DNA of 59,025 nt, the filler included, from Trypethelium eluteriae (lineage: Eukaryota): the NCBI GenBank assembly GCA_051942245.1. It is 4 parts of 4 records of this genome, joined end to end, with 100 filler letters (N's around TTAATTAATTAA, not from the genome) between each part and the next. Parts side by side here need not be neighbours in the genome. Positions count along the whole stretch, not along the records: positions 44,377 to 59,025 come from JAVECL010000680.1; 3 more parts are not named here. One strand, written 5' to 3'. A program made the position numbers and the translations under genes. This document shows positions 47,272 to 59,025 of the stretch, piece by piece; position 1 is the stretch's first letter, and every line of letters starts with the position of its first letter. The notes beneath the pieces are model-generated. The model made no database searches. It saw only the letters and a program-made list of their open reading frames with translations, and had not been told where the DNA came from.

Positions 47272-49820
47272 ATGCAGTACGTGCGGTCGATATCTGGTTC
47301 AGTATCAAAGACTTGGAACTCTATAAACCCAGCGACACTTAGCGGAGCAATCGATGTCATCGTTGTCGAGCAAGAGGATGGGTCGCTCGCCTGTTCGCCC
47401 TTCCACGTGCGATTCGGAAAGTTCTCTCTCCTGCGACCATCGGAAAAAAAGGTGGAATTCCGGGTGAATGATGTCAAGCAGGACTATGCCATGAAGCTCG
47501 GAGATGGAGGAGAAGCCTTCTTTGTCTTCGAGACTTCTCAAGATATACCTGCCGACATGCAGACTTCACCCGTCGTCTCGCCTTCTGCTAGCCCGCAACC
47601 ACGACCCCTTTCAGAGTCTTTACCCGAGCCTGGCTTTGCCGAGCCTGCTTTTGCCGAGCCTGAGCCTCTAGATTTAGCCAGTGGGAATGGGAGCCCACCA
47701 CGACTAATGAAAACACTGTCTGGCGAGACGATCCCGAAATTGCAGAGACAAAGTCGGAGCGACATTGGTAAGCATCCAGGGCCTTCAATCTTATATTGAA
47801 GTTGACTGAGTAGCTGGTCTTTCACCGGCATCTCCAGCAACTACACTGCCACCACAATCTTTACCCAGTGATTGGTCTTCGCGGCTTCAACCACCCATCA
47901 AACTTGAGCGAGCAGCCAGTGACAATGTCGTTTACACAACAGGAGGTGGTCTCGATGATCTTGATGGGCTGAGCAATGGTGGAATAGCGCAACAACAGCT
48001 GCCTTCTGCTTTCAGTCCAAGCGATCGCGAAGGTTCTGCAAGCCCTCCTACTCTACCTACCAACGAAGCTGTAGCACGAGCAATGAACCTATCGAAAAAG
48101 TTGCAGGGATCAAACATACCCACTCAAGTCACTGATGAGGGAGACCTGATGTTGGATATGACTGGTTATAAAAGCAGTGAGGAGGAGGCATTGCGTGCAG
48201 AAGTTATTGCGCGCAAGATACTGTACGAAGAACTAGAGGGCAACTACGATATTGGTGCTTTGATAGGAGTGGATGAAAAGGGAAATTTATGGATCTACAG
48301 CAGTGAAGAAGCAAAGGACGCTGCAACTCGTAAGGCAAGGCAGAACATGAACGCCTTGCAACCTGCTCCTGTTGTTCTAAGCGATACCATCTCGGATCCT
48401 GGATATCACAGCGATGACAATCAAAGCATGGATAGCTCTGATACCTCGGCTGCTCATCATCGCAGAGATTCTGACAGCGCCGTGAGCTTATCAACACCAC
48501 CACGGACAGCAGACAACTCAACTTCTGGCGATCGTACTAAGAACTATGCGAAGACACTTCGACTTACGAGCGAGCAGCTCAAAGCCATGGAGCTGAAGCC
48601 TGGAATGAATTCCATGAGTTTCTCTGTCAATCGTGCTGTATGTCAAGCGAACATGTATTACTGGCAGTATGATGTACCGATCGTCATCTCCGACATTGAC
48701 GGTACGATCACAAAGTAAGGGTGTCCGACTATTCAATTTGGAGTAAACTGCTCACAAATGTGCTAGGTCCGACGTCTTGGGCCACGTGCTGAACACCTTT
48801 GGCAGGGACTGGACCCATGCTGGCGTTGCAAAACTCTACACGGATATTGCCGCAAATGGCTATAATATAATTTACTTGACCAGTCGCTCGGTAGGACAGG
48901 CAGATACGACAAGAGCATATCTTAACGGTGTTCTACAAGAAGGATATCGCCTACCAAAGGGACCTGTCATTCTAAGCCCGGACCGGACCATGGCCGCACT
49001 CCGGAGAGAAATCTACCTCAGGACCCCAGAGATATTTAAGATGCGATGTTTGAGTGATATTGCCTCGCTTTTTGGAGAAGGTCGTTGTCCATTCTACGCA
49101 GGCTTTGGAAACCGAATCACCGATCTGTTCAGCTATCGCTCGGTAAATATTCCCTCAACGAGGATTTTCACCATCAACTCGAATGCTGAAGTGTCTTTGC
49201 ATTTGACAACGTACAAGACAGGGTACGTTACGATGCGCGAGCTCTTGGACCACTTCTTTCCGCCAGTGGGGTTGTTGGTTCCAAGTGGCGGCGAACAATT
49301 TACAGACTTCAACTATTGGCGTGACCGTCCTCTACAGCTCGATGATTTCTCTGCCAGCGAGAGCGAAGAAGAGGACGAAGAAGAGAGAGAAACACCCATG
49401 CCATTGAAGCGCCGCGTGCAAAGTGAGGATGAAGGTAGTGAGCTAGGAGAGAGCATGCGAGAAAGCTACTTCTCCCGAGATTCTATTGATGAAAGCGGTG
49501 AGTTGGGCGATTCCATAATCGAAAGCGTAGAAGGGGATGCAATGATGAGATCGATGACGCAAGAGGAGGATGCTGCCCTGGAAGCCGAGGATGAGGAAGA
49601 AGTAGAAGAAGAAGAAGAAGAAGAAGAAGACGATGAAGTGGACGACGAAGACGAAGAAGAGGAACTCGATAATGAAGCAGATGCAGCGGAGGAATTGAAG
49701 GCTCTGAACCTGCATGGCCGAGCGTCAAGAGAAGCAAGTGCGGACGAGATGCGCGAAGATCTTAGAGGTCTCGCCTCCTCTCTGAACACTCCTAGAAAAA
49801 GTGCCAAAGCCCGCTACTGA
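47272..49820 (+). CDS. PAH1: Lipin, phosphatidate phosphatase (Pah1/Ned1/Smp2)
   Basis: N-LIP motif NPATLSGAIDVIVV...SPFHVRFGKF, catalytic SDIDGTIT | KSD, YLTSRSVGQ and FYAGFGNR, with an acidic tail. Two introns. Confidence 0.97.
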
Positions 49821-50238
49821 AATGATTTGTGTATTTGAGCAGGAGTTGCACAGGGAAAGAGAGTTGGCTTTTGTGTCAGGCAAGCGAAAGCGATGCACTT
49901 TCCAATTTCTTGTACCATCATCAAGGCATTGGGCGGAGTTTTTGATAAGCGTAATGGCTTAGAAGAAGGAAGGTCGCAGTCCTTGCAGTTCTTGCAGTTC
50001 ATAGAGCGACTGTTGCTTCATAAGTCGCCATAGAGTCCTTTATCCATACCACCGATCGAGTATTTGTCGCTGCATCCATCGGTGAGCTTATATTGACAAT
50101 TACCTGCCCTTTTTTTGGTCCTCAATATGAGTTCTGGAAATGACCGCTCCAGATGCGCAATAATGTTGTGGACTGGCATTTCTCAATCTCTTTCCCAAAG
50201 GAAGATACTTGAGGATGTTCTTGGCCACTGCTAACAGC

Positions 50239-51003
50239 TGGGTGAGCGATGTTCGGGATTCTCTCCACCCTAGTGGAAAGCCTCCGCCGCAGCAACAGCC
50301 CTCATCCTCCACTGGATAACTTGCGCTCACTAAACAACAACATCCTCCACAGCAACACCCTCATCCAGAACAGTCTTCATCTTTCAGTAGAAGGCCGATC
50401 CCGTCGCAGCGATCCTAATCTTCCGCGCAAATTCATAGTGGACAGCGACGACCTCCGCAACGGTCCTTGCGTACCATTGGACATCCTGCCCCACGACAAT
50501 CCCCATTTCCCGCGGGACAGTATCCGCAGCATCGCTCTTCACTTTCCGATCCATTTCTTATTGGACAGCAACAGTCTCTGGAGCAATAGCCTCTACAGCA
50601 ACCGCCTCTACAGCAACAGTCCTCCTTAACCACCAGTCAGCTAACCGCTGCCGACTGATCCACGTCCACGAGAACTCTGGGACATCGAAATCACGACATA
50701 GCTGGGAGAGGCTGTTGATAACCTCGCAACATCATGGTCTTCTAATCTAGAGGAAGCTCAGGAACTCGATCGTGAAGCTCGAGACACTCGAATTCAGATT
50801 GGGTCCGTTCCCACCCAGACTTCACAATTCAGAAACTCAGAAATTCAAGTCAGTGAGCTCTTGTCAGCAGCCTCCAACACCCAGAACAATAGCGAGGGCA
50901 GCAGCCTTCAACATCAAGGACAGCAACAAGGATAGCATCAAGGACATCACCAAGGACAGCTCCAAGGACGACAAGGAGGGCAATCACGAAGAAAACAACT
51001 AAT
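50239..51003 (+). pseudogene. Decayed Gln/Pro-rich repetitive coding relic
   Basis: A frame of PPQQ-type repeats is broken by TAA/TAG at 50317, 50416 and 50587. A 12-nt-period CAxCAxCAAGGA (xxQG) tract at 50909-50980 has TAG at 50933. Confidence 0.5.
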
Positions 51004-51152
51004 ATAGACGTAACTCGAGACTAAGCTCCCCACAGTCTACTGACTCTTCTTTACCAATTATTACTTCGCTCTGCCACACTCTTGCCTTGGTTCGCCTTCC
51101 CGGTCCTCACAATCGCATTCTCCAACTCGCGTCTACATTCGCTTTTCCCAGA

Positions 51153-51950
51153 ATGAGCTCACCCGCGGCGGACGCCCCCACCACCAACGGCATTAACGGC
51201 ACCTCCACCCCAACAATCGCTGGCGCAACAACACCACCGAACCCCAATTCCCAGACAAACGGCAGCAATCCCCCCGATGCTACTCCAGACACCCACAATG
51301 CTCCACCCCTCGCCATGCCCACGACCTCCCTCGACGACCCGGGTACCTCGCGACGCCCGCGCGACGCCCGCCTCATCCACCTCATCCTCGCCAACCTCGG
51401 CGTAAACGCCTACCAAGAACGCGTGCCGCTCATGCTGCTCGACTTCGCATACCGCTACACCTCGGGCGTGCTCTCCGACGCGATGCACATCTCTGCCGAA
51501 GCCGCGCCCACGGGGCCCGGCAACCCGCGAGGTGGTGCGGGAGGAGTAGGAGGAGCAGGGAGCACAGAAGGAGGCGTGACGCTGGATGCGGTGAGGCAGG
51601 CGATTGCGAGCCGGCTGAATCACCAGTTCAACGCGACGCTGCCTAAGGAGTTTCAGCTGGACCTGGCGGCGGAGCGGAACCGCGTGGCGCTGCCGAAGCC
51701 GGAGAAGGAGTTTGGCCTTCGCTTGCCGCCGGAGCGGTATTGTTTGACGGGGGTGGGGTGGCAGATGAAGGAGGAGTGGGATGAAGAGGAGGAAGATGAT
51801 GGGGAGGATGTGCCACTGGGAGCGAGAACGGTAGGAGGGGTGGATGCGGAGATGCGGGAGGCAGGTGGGGAGGAAGAGGAGGATGCAAGGAATGAGTTTG
51901 AGGAGGCAATGGGTGGGCAGGAAGCGGATAGCGAGATGCGGGATGCGTGA
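51153..51950 (+). CDS. TAF9: TFIID/SAGA subunit Taf9
   Basis: RRPRDARLIHLILANLGV...YQERVPLMLLDFAYRYT...LAAERNRVALP...RLPPERYCLT. Confidence 0.95.
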   Translation: MSSPAADAPTTNGINGTSTPTIAGATTPPNPNSQTNGSNPPDATPDTHNAPPLAMPTTSLDDPGTSRRPRDARLIHLILANLGVNAYQERVPLMLLDFAYRYTSGVLSDAMHISAEAAPTGPGNPRGGAGGVGGAGSTEGGVTLDAVRQAIASRLNHQFNATLPKEFQLDLAAERNRVALPKPEKEFGLRLPPERYCLTGVGWQMKEEWDEEEEDDGEDVPLGARTVGGVDAEMREAGGEEEEDARNEFEEAMGGQEADSEMRDA

Positions 51951-53585
51951 ATGGAAGCTCTGATGCTATCGACTTTGCTCGTGTGCGGTTTGGGTCTTAC
52001 AAGTGGCGCTATCGGACTGCATTAGGGGGCCTCGTTTCTTTGGGGAAAAGCATTATACCATTAAAGCGAATCTTGGCACGTCAAGGTATCGCCTCCAGCA
52101 TTTTTTGAGGGCGTTTTGGACGTCGCTCTCTTGTGTTAGGTTACCGACACGTGCACTCCTGTATTTTAGGGTTTGTTCTACGTGCACTGAAACCCTTCAT
52201 TGTATCCCGAACATGAGATTTAGCGGAGACCATGCGGGAGTTCCTTTGCAGATGCATACACATATACATGTCAGTCACGCGAGCCTTGTGTCTTCTCTTA
52301 GGAAGATATCAGCAACCCGAGCATTTTCTAGCTTCTGGCTAGCGGCAATCTGTTCTGTGTGTATTGTCTCTGATCCTTCGATTATTAAGGCCAAGACCCA
52401 CCTGAAAATCCTTTCGGTCGGAAAAGAGCTTTCAAAGTCTTGGATGGGTCGCCGCTAGAGGCCATAATGAAGCCTCGACCATCATACTAGGACATCTGCT
52501 CTAAATTCAGCCGAATGACGCGCATGCCCGGGACCATGCAGAGCCACATGCAGGCATCCGAGAGGGTCTGCAAGATGGCCGCTCTCCACGATCAGTGGCT
52601 GTAGATGGTATCCTCCAACAGACCGCTCGCTCAGGCTCACCGACCAGCAATACAATCCGCCAGCTCATTGTGGCAGATTTGGCAGAGGAGTAGCCGTGAT
52701 TGGTTGGAGGACGATAGCGGACGGTCGGCGAGGCAGGGGCCAGGTCTGGAGGCAAGGAGCGAGGGCGGGAGATCACTGGCCCGGTGCAGAGCAGCTCGTT
52801 CGCACTTGACCCACACCACCGTACACAGGCCTCCTCGATGGGGAAGCAACGACTGGCAGGCAGTGGTCTAACGCCTGCGTAGACTTTAGTAGGTGGGCTG
52901 TTCACGATGAGTGATGAGTTAATATGCTTGCTCCGGATGCGGCGGGCAAGAGGCTGCGATGATCATGGGATACTACCGTGGTACCTACCTAATTATGGCA
53001 GCGACGGTCGACGTCTTTCTTCGCTCATCTTCCTCTGACACCTGCTTTTTTGTGTTGCTGTGCACTTTTCGTCTCCTTTCTTTGAGCATGTCTCGGCGTT
53101 GATATCTGTGCTTTTGTTTGTCCATCTAGAAGAAATCATCTCGGAAATCGACTTGCCTGTTACTAGGAATTGGCACGGCTGAAGCCATCCGACTGACACA
53201 CTCTTTCTCCATCTGTGATCTTCATGAAATGCTTGACAAAGATTGCCGTAAGCCTTTCAAAAAACGGTTTCTGGCTCGTGTTAAGAAGATGGCGGCATGC
53301 AACAAATGAGGGTTAGTGGTGGTCTCTATTCATTTACTTGTTTGATTAACAAAGTCTCGTTTGTGTATACCTGCCTGCAAAAGGTCGAAGCTGAACCTAT
53401 CTTTTGACCAACATGGAATTTACTGATACGTCCTGAATATGAGTAGATTCTCGCATCTAGCTATTCGAGCAGAGCGAGGGTAGGTCCAATCTCGAGAGGG
53501 TATCTTTGGCCCGTTCTAGTAGACAGGGAAGAGGAGGGATCGCCGATAGCAAACGTGGGTATGGTAACAAGTTACTTGGGAAAAA

Positions 53586-56500
53586 ATGGAGGAAGCGATG
53601 CGTGAGCGATATGCGGATCCTTCTACCCCACCTGGACGATCTGGTGACAGCGAAGACAAGATGCGCGTCGTCGAGTCACAACCATCTGCAACCCATGTGT
53701 CGCTCCATCAGCGCAGTCTCACACCAGTGTTCGTTGATACGCAACTTTCTTCCACGACCATGCCAGCCACCCCACGTGGTGGACATACGCTAACGCTTCA
53801 TGAGTACCGAAAGAAGCAACAGATCCCCAGCCCACCATTGGCTGGACCTGTCAAGCGCGTCAAGAGAAAGCCAGCTACTCCCGACCTGAGTACTACCGGA
53901 CGTGTCAAGACACGGCTACCTCTGAGCCCTTCGGTAGCTTCAAATCACTCGCTTGAGCTTTCTCCTTCTCCGTGGCCAAGCGAGAATATCCATGGGCCGC
54001 CCACGAGGGGATTTGACGCGTTTGCAGCTCTAAATAGCTCCGACTCTGTCCCATCCTTCACTTCGCTCCTTGAGTCTTACTATGACCGCTCAAACTCTGC
54101 ACCTCCTCTCACTTCCAATCTGAGCGATCCTTCCAAGAGTGTCTATTCTGGCGACACGTTCGTTACTCCCGAAAAGACACGTGCCCGACATTTCAAGCCT
54201 TCGAAACGTCTTCCACGACCAGTCACCCAGCGAGGTCCGCGATTTTCACACTCGTCTATAACGCCGTCACCCCTTCGTCTGGCCAACTCCAAGTTGACAA
54301 GCCACCTCACTTCTCAACCACGGGAAACCAATCATTCTTCGTCGTTCGCTATCTCCAAATTTTCGTTTCCGGAGCCGCCTTCTCCACCCGCCGCCTCTTT
54401 ACCGCGGGGGCATACAGAATCCGCGGCTACGACAAATACGCAGAGATCCTCAGCAGACCAGCAAGAAGCAAAGACTCCCACAACATTGCATTTCCGCGGT
54501 GTTTCATTTGACGTGGTCAATCCCCATAACTCTCTGAATCTACACAACATCGAAACCCCGGCGGATCGCGATGCCGATATAAGTGACTATTTTGAGACCA
54601 GGTCAGAACCTGCAGACATTTTTCGCAACCATAAGCGAAACAACCCCTCCAATCGTACAATGGAATCTCGTCAGACATTTCTGACAGCGAACGAAAACAA
54701 TAGTCCCAACAGCGGACACGAGTCCAGAAGATTAATGACTCCTCCACGAGCCGTTTACAATGATCTGACGGCCGCACATCATGCCATTACCTCACGTAAT
54801 GGCTTTCCAACATCTGAGAGATCGTCACGACTGGAATTGCCGTTACCTCCCCCACCTGTTGCAATTAGCCCCCACAAGTCGGTGAAGACGCAGTTGTCTG
54901 TTTCTTCGAGCAATCTTTCTAGTTATCGACCAGAGCCCCTCAACGTCCAAAAAGCGAGTACGTCTCCCTCGGTCTTACGAAGGGTAACCAGCATCTTCCG
55001 GCGCAGCAAGCCAGTCGAGGACGAGGAAAGCAAAGGATCCAGCTCTGGAACACAGTCAATCGCTCTACTTGATCAGCAACCGACATCGACCCCCAGACGT
55101 GCTCCAAGTATCCATTTACAGTGGTTTCAGAAACTTGGTCATGACAAAAGAACCTCACGATCAGCTCCATACTTTTCTGGGACCAGTCATCACAGTGCAA
55201 GAGGCCCTGGTAATTTCCAACGGCAGTCAGTTTCCCAACCGGAAATACGTCATAGTGCATATGTTTCGAACTACGCAGGCACAGAAGCAGCCGAATCGAG
55301 GATCTTCGACACTGAAAGTATTCCGCCTGACTGGAGCTCACCTGACTTGGACTACTCACAAGAGGTGCATGATCAGTCGAATCTATGGCAATTCGCAGAT
55401 AAATCCGATGCCGAGACACAGCGGCTTTCATTACTCAGAGAGGGTGCAAGCGATAGCATCCTCAATCGCTATACGCCGAATGACACTACCTTGGATTCAA
55501 TCGTGGGACAATACTACAACGACGCTCCACCGACCTCTGCGCCATCCCTGACGACAATCTCGACGGCTGGGGAGGAGCAAGACACTTCTCCAGCGATCGA
55601 ACGAGGCAGGCATGGTGCGAATGCGCGCCTTGCAAATTTCCCAAGCTCCGGATTGAGTCAGTTTGACTTTGAACTCAGTCGTAGCGATACTGGCAGCGAC
55701 TTTTCAGATGACGAGCCTCAGGAGACTCCATCACGAATGAGTGGGGTCCGATCGCTTCGTACATCTGCCGGCGGCCCTCCACCTGAGCTTCTACCATCTC
55801 TTCCTGACTCAGATCTTCGACCTCCCGAGCCCCCATTTATGCATCGCGGGCATTTGAATACGATAGAATCCGGCACATCTTATGCATCATCTTATGGCGA
55901 TACGCGGAACCTACTCCTCATCTCTTCATCCACTCAGCCACAAGGCAATGCCACGCCAGAGAGTAGGCTGGGTAGCCTTCTCCCATCAGAGGGTGCGAAA
56001 GCTTCTTCCACTACTTTACCAGCCACTTTTTACGAAAAGGATGAACATCGGACGGAGCAAACCATGGGTGTGGAAACTGCTGTGGCATCCCAAAATCCCC
56101 CAGAGATCGGAACACGACAATGCGACAGACAAATATCGTTGGAACAAGTCATGAGTGACAAGGTCAAGCATAATGGTCATCTTAGCGGTATAAGCACGTT
56201 GAGTGGCAGTCTTTTTGTCTTAAAGAATGCAAATCGACAACATAGCAGCCCATGCCAGTCACCAGCAGACCATTCTAGTGTTTTACCGGATACGCCAAAA
56301 GGTCTGATGGAGGGAATCCCCAAAATGTGGCAAGAACCATCGCCTGCTAGCCTCAGTTATCAGTCCGATTCCAAGGAAAGAACCAATCACAAGCAATCAC
56401 TATCCGGCGGGACTGGCGCAAGCGACGATCCTGATGAATGGGAGACCGTGGGCGATGCGAGTCGCGGAGATGTCGGTCACGAGGAGACCGAGGACAGCTA

Positions 56501-58247
56501 TGCCAGTATTACAAGATCTGCTGATGACAGGTACAGTGCTCTCCCATATACACAAACCTATCCGGGTGATACAAGTCACGAGTACGGACGTTACTCCTTT
56601 CGCAAGCCGAGCGCTTCTATCCTGATGCCGTCCTATGACTTTAGAGGTGGAGCAGGCTTTCCTCATCATAATTCCCTTGTACCATCTCCCAGTTCTACTT
56701 CGCATCAACATCCGAGCCCATTAGGCAGTCATCCGCATCCATTCAATACACCCCCGCCAGAGCTGCGGTCTGCACACTCCTCTAGAAGCATATCTAGTCA
56801 TGCCAACGATGTGGATGCACCGGGAAGTCTCGTTCCGGAGGAGCAGCATCGAAGGCAGCAGAGTGACGACAATCGTAAGCAGCAACCCTTTTCAGTTACT
56901 CCAACAATATTCGAGGTCGTGACACCCACAACTCATGTACCCAAACTGAGTACGGAACCTTCTAGCGACATCGACCACGACCGAGACTGGGTCCCCTATG
57001 TCTCGCCGAGGCAAAAGAATCCAAAGATGTTTACGAACACTTCGTTATCCACGATTCCCAGCTCGACGCGAGAGAATCCCGACAGAATGAGCTCAAGTAC
57101 AGCTCCGTCTATGGGAATGGGTTCCAACCGAGCGAATTCATTTACAAAGTTTACCATTACAGGACCAAAACTCAATCTTACTGGCACGCCTCGAGGGACT
57201 GGCATGCGCGAAGTTGGTAGCAGCGAGGCAGATAACAGCAGTCCCGGAATGAGATTCAGCAGCAGCCCATGGTCCCCAAAATCTTTCAGAAGCTTTCATC
57301 AGGCTGAAGATAGACAACCAGAGCTTAGCGAGTATGGGGAAAGAGACGATATGACGCCTGATTCCTCACCACCGGATTCCGCTGGCCTTCCAGGGATTTC
57401 AGCGGCAAAATCATACCAATCTCATATCTCTGGAACTCGTATGCTAGTCTCACCTCAGGAATCTACTCCGCGACGTCATCACTTCCCGGCCGATTCATTG
57501 TCCTCGTCGTTGAGGTCATCTTCTGAAATTCCGGACGGAAACCGGGCAAATGAAGGACGTCAGCGCCGCTATGAGCATCTCAGAGCTCCCTCAAAGAAAT
57601 GGGCCCCCCTATACAGTAACTATCAGGCACCATCAGTGGACGAGCATCTGTCTACTCATCCTCGCCGAAAAGGCTCTCGTCGCTCAGTGCATGGCCAAAA
57701 GGAGCTGATGCCCATGAAACTCGCAATAATTCCGCAATCTCGAGCCGAGCGTGAAGGTACGAACGAAGATGCCATTCGTCGACCTGAGCCTGCGGAGATT
57801 TCCAAGTTCACCAGCCATCGCCGACAGTCTTCCGAAATCCGTCCTGCTACCGCTGCTGCTGTGTCGATCATAGGGTCTACCAAGACAGAAGCACCGCTCC
57901 TCATGCGCCCTTCACACCCTGGTATCGTTCGTGATCGCCCCTCCACCACTGATTCGCCGTCCCTGAAACCCATACCACCGACTCCATCACTCCTTGCTGC
58001 ACGTCGTCCGCGCGAAAAGCTTTTCTCGCGAATCGTCTTTGCTCTCTGCACGCTCTTCCCTCCGGCCCTCATCATGTATGGCTTTGGCTACATGGACTCG
58101 CTCATCGCGGCGGCAACTCGTGGGGAATACCTTGCGTTCGGCACCCAGGAAAAGCGGTTTGCGCGGTACGTCGGAATCACCATGACGGTGGCAATTGTGG
58201 TGGCGATCACGGCTTTCATGGTGTCGATTGCAGTGAAATGGTCCTAG
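53586..58247 (+). CDS. Large Ser/Pro-rich, probably disordered protein with two C-terminal transmembrane segments (1553 aa)
   Basis: Intronless ORF with conserved-looking islands (LTLHEYRK, LHFRGVSFDVVNPH, NSFTKFTITGPKLNLTGTP) and a C-terminal LCTLFPPALIMYGFGYMD...ITMTVAIVVAITAFMVSIAV. Confidence 0.85.
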   Translation: MEEAMRERYADPSTPPGRSGDSEDKMRVVESQPSATHVSLHQRSLTPVFVDTQLSSTTMPATPRGGHTLTLHEYRKKQQIPSPPLAGPVKRVKRKPATPDLSTTGRVKTRLPLSPSVASNHSLELSPSPWPSENIHGPPTRGFDAFAALNSSDSVPSFTSLLESYYDRSNSAPPLTSNLSDPSKSVYSGDTFVTPEKTRARHFKPSKRLPRPVTQRGPRFSHSSITPSPLRLANSKLTSHLTSQPRETNHSSSFAISKFSFPEPPSPPAASLPRGHTESAATTNTQRSSADQQEAKTPTTLHFRGVSFDVVNPHNSLNLHNIETPADRDADISDYFETRSEPADIFRNHKRNNPSNRTMESRQTFLTANENNSPNSGHESRRLMTPPRAVYNDLTAAHHAITSRNGFPTSERSSRLELPLPPPPVAISPHKSVKTQLSVSSSNLSSYRPEPLNVQKASTSPSVLRRVTSIFRRSKPVEDEESKGSSSGTQSIALLDQQPTSTPRRAPSIHLQWFQKLGHDKRTSRSAPYFSGTSHHSARGPGNFQRQSVSQPEIRHSAYVSNYAGTEAAESRIFDTESIPPDWSSPDLDYSQEVHDQSNLWQFADKSDAETQRLSLLREGASDSILNRYTPNDTTLDSIVGQYYNDAPPTSAPSLTTISTAGEEQDTSPAIERGRHGANARLANFPSSGLSQFDFELSRSDTGSDFSDDEPQETPSRMSGVRSLRTSAGGPPPELLPSLPDSDLRPPEPPFMHRGHLNTIESGTSYASSYGDTRNLLLISSSTQPQGNATPESRLGSLLPSEGAKASSTTLPATFYEKDEHRTEQTMGVETAVASQNPPEIGTRQCDRQISLEQVMSDKVKHNGHLSGISTLSGSLFVLKNANRQHSSPCQSPADHSSVLPDTPKGLMEGIPKMWQEPSPASLSYQSDSKERTNHKQSLSGGTGASDDPDEWETVGDASRGDVGHEETEDSYASITRSADDRYSALPYTQTYPGDTSHEYGRYSFRKPSASILMPSYDFRGGAGFPHHNSLVPSPSSTSHQHPSPLGSHPHPFNTPPPELRSAHSSRSISSHANDVDAPGSLVPEEQHRRQQSDDNRKQQPFSVTPTIFEVVTPTTHVPKLSTEPSSDIDHDRDWVPYVSPRQKNPKMFTNTSLSTIPSSTRENPDRMSSSTAPSMGMGSNRANSFTKFTITGPKLNLTGTPRGTGMREVGSSEADNSSPGMRFSSSPWSPKSFRSFHQAEDRQPELSEYGERDDMTPDSSPPDSAGLPGISAAKSYQSHISGTRMLVSPQESTPRRHHFPADSLSSSLRSSSEIPDGNRANEGRQRRYEHLRAPSKKWAPLYSNYQAPSVDEHLSTHPRRKGSRRSVHGQKELMPMKLAIIPQSRAEREGTNEDAIRRPEPAEISKFTSHRRQSSEIRPATAAAVSIIGSTKTEAPLLMRPSHPGIVRDRPSTTDSPSLKPIPPTPSLLAARRPREKLFSRIVFALCTLFPPALIMYGFGYMDSLIAAATRGEYLAFGTQEKRFARYVGITMTVAIVVAITAFMVSIAVKWS

Positions 58248-59025
58248 CCTATGAAAATTTCCGGAGTTGCCAGGAGATACATCGGATCGTAGTCTTGTCA
58301 ATCTTATATCCTGGTATGATTGCCCCAAATCGTGGATCGCAGTCTAATCTGAATTCCAAAAGGATGCCTTGTCATCCTATGACGGCCTCCCCAGGGACGT
58401 GACTTTGCGACCAATGTCCAACCAGTTCCGTTCCACTTTTGGTCGTCTTTCCATTTTGTGTTTTGTTACGATATCCAACTGATGCTTAATCCAGCGATCA
58501 GAGCTGTCTCTTTTGTCAACTCTCCATCAGGATTTACAGGTCTGAGCCTTGGTCTGTTTACATGACGACAGAATTCATTCGTTGTGGACATAATGGGGAT
58601 GCGGATCGGCGCATCTGGCGCCTTTGATTGACCGAGTAAAACAGGATCTGAATTTTCAGCGAAGGACGATGGGAAGGAAAATGGGAGGGAAAAGTGAATG
58701 GACAGAAAAGGGATACCGGATTTGCACTCAATGGATCAGACGTGAAATGTGATAATGAAATGCTGCGACCAACTTTTCCTGCCGTGGACTTGCAAAAGTG
58801 ATTCATGAACAGCAGCAAGCCTAGAGCTGAGAATCGCCTCCGGACGTCTTCCAAACGCCTTGCCAGTAATGCTACCCATTTGCCAACGCCATGCAACCGT
58901 CTTATTTACACGCCGCCCACTCAGCCCTTTCAGAAAGGCCCCGAATACTAGACATACATATCTTCCCGGTTCCTCCCAACCCATGTCCATCCACCACTGC
59001 TACCTCTTCCCCTCCTCTTTCCCAC

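Noticed and set aside
49585..49670. GAA microsatellite-like tract
   Set aside because: Encodes the acidic tail of lipin; ordinary low complexity.
52003..53500. ORFs between TAF9 and the 53.6-kb gene
   Set aside because: Mostly non-ATG starts, no codon bias and no motifs.

Overview
Genomic DNA of a filamentous ascomycete (Pezizomycotina-type short GT-AG introns with CTRAY branch sites). It is assembled from four contigs joined by artificial 100-nt linkers (44 N + TTAATTAATTAA + 44 N at 14729-14828, 29505-29604 and 44277-44376). Housekeeping genes: clp1 (5' end), a GH72 Gel/Gas glucanosyltransferase, a GprK-like 7TM-RGS receptor, HGH1, TFG1, a Cid1-family nucleotidyltransferase, SAM50, UBC6, lipin and TAF9. 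An accessory island at about 4.6-14.7 kb holds two decayed paralogous GPI-protein genes, a large secreted Ser/Thr- and Cys-rich protein and a mutated pogo/Fot1 transposon with 44-bp TIRs. The headline candidate is a divergent gene pair at 26.0-29.0 kb that looks like a fungal amyloid-signalling cell-death module. One gene encodes a HeLo-like-domain protein ending in four HET-s-like 18-aa repeats. Its partner carries a matching N-terminal repeat but is a single-pass membrane protein rather than the expected NLR. The second candidate is an intron-containing PhnY-like dioxygenase lying tail-to-tail with the 3' end of a PhnZ-like HD oxygenase, suggesting oxidative phosphonate C-P cleavage. All family assignments come from motif recognition by eye; no database search was run.
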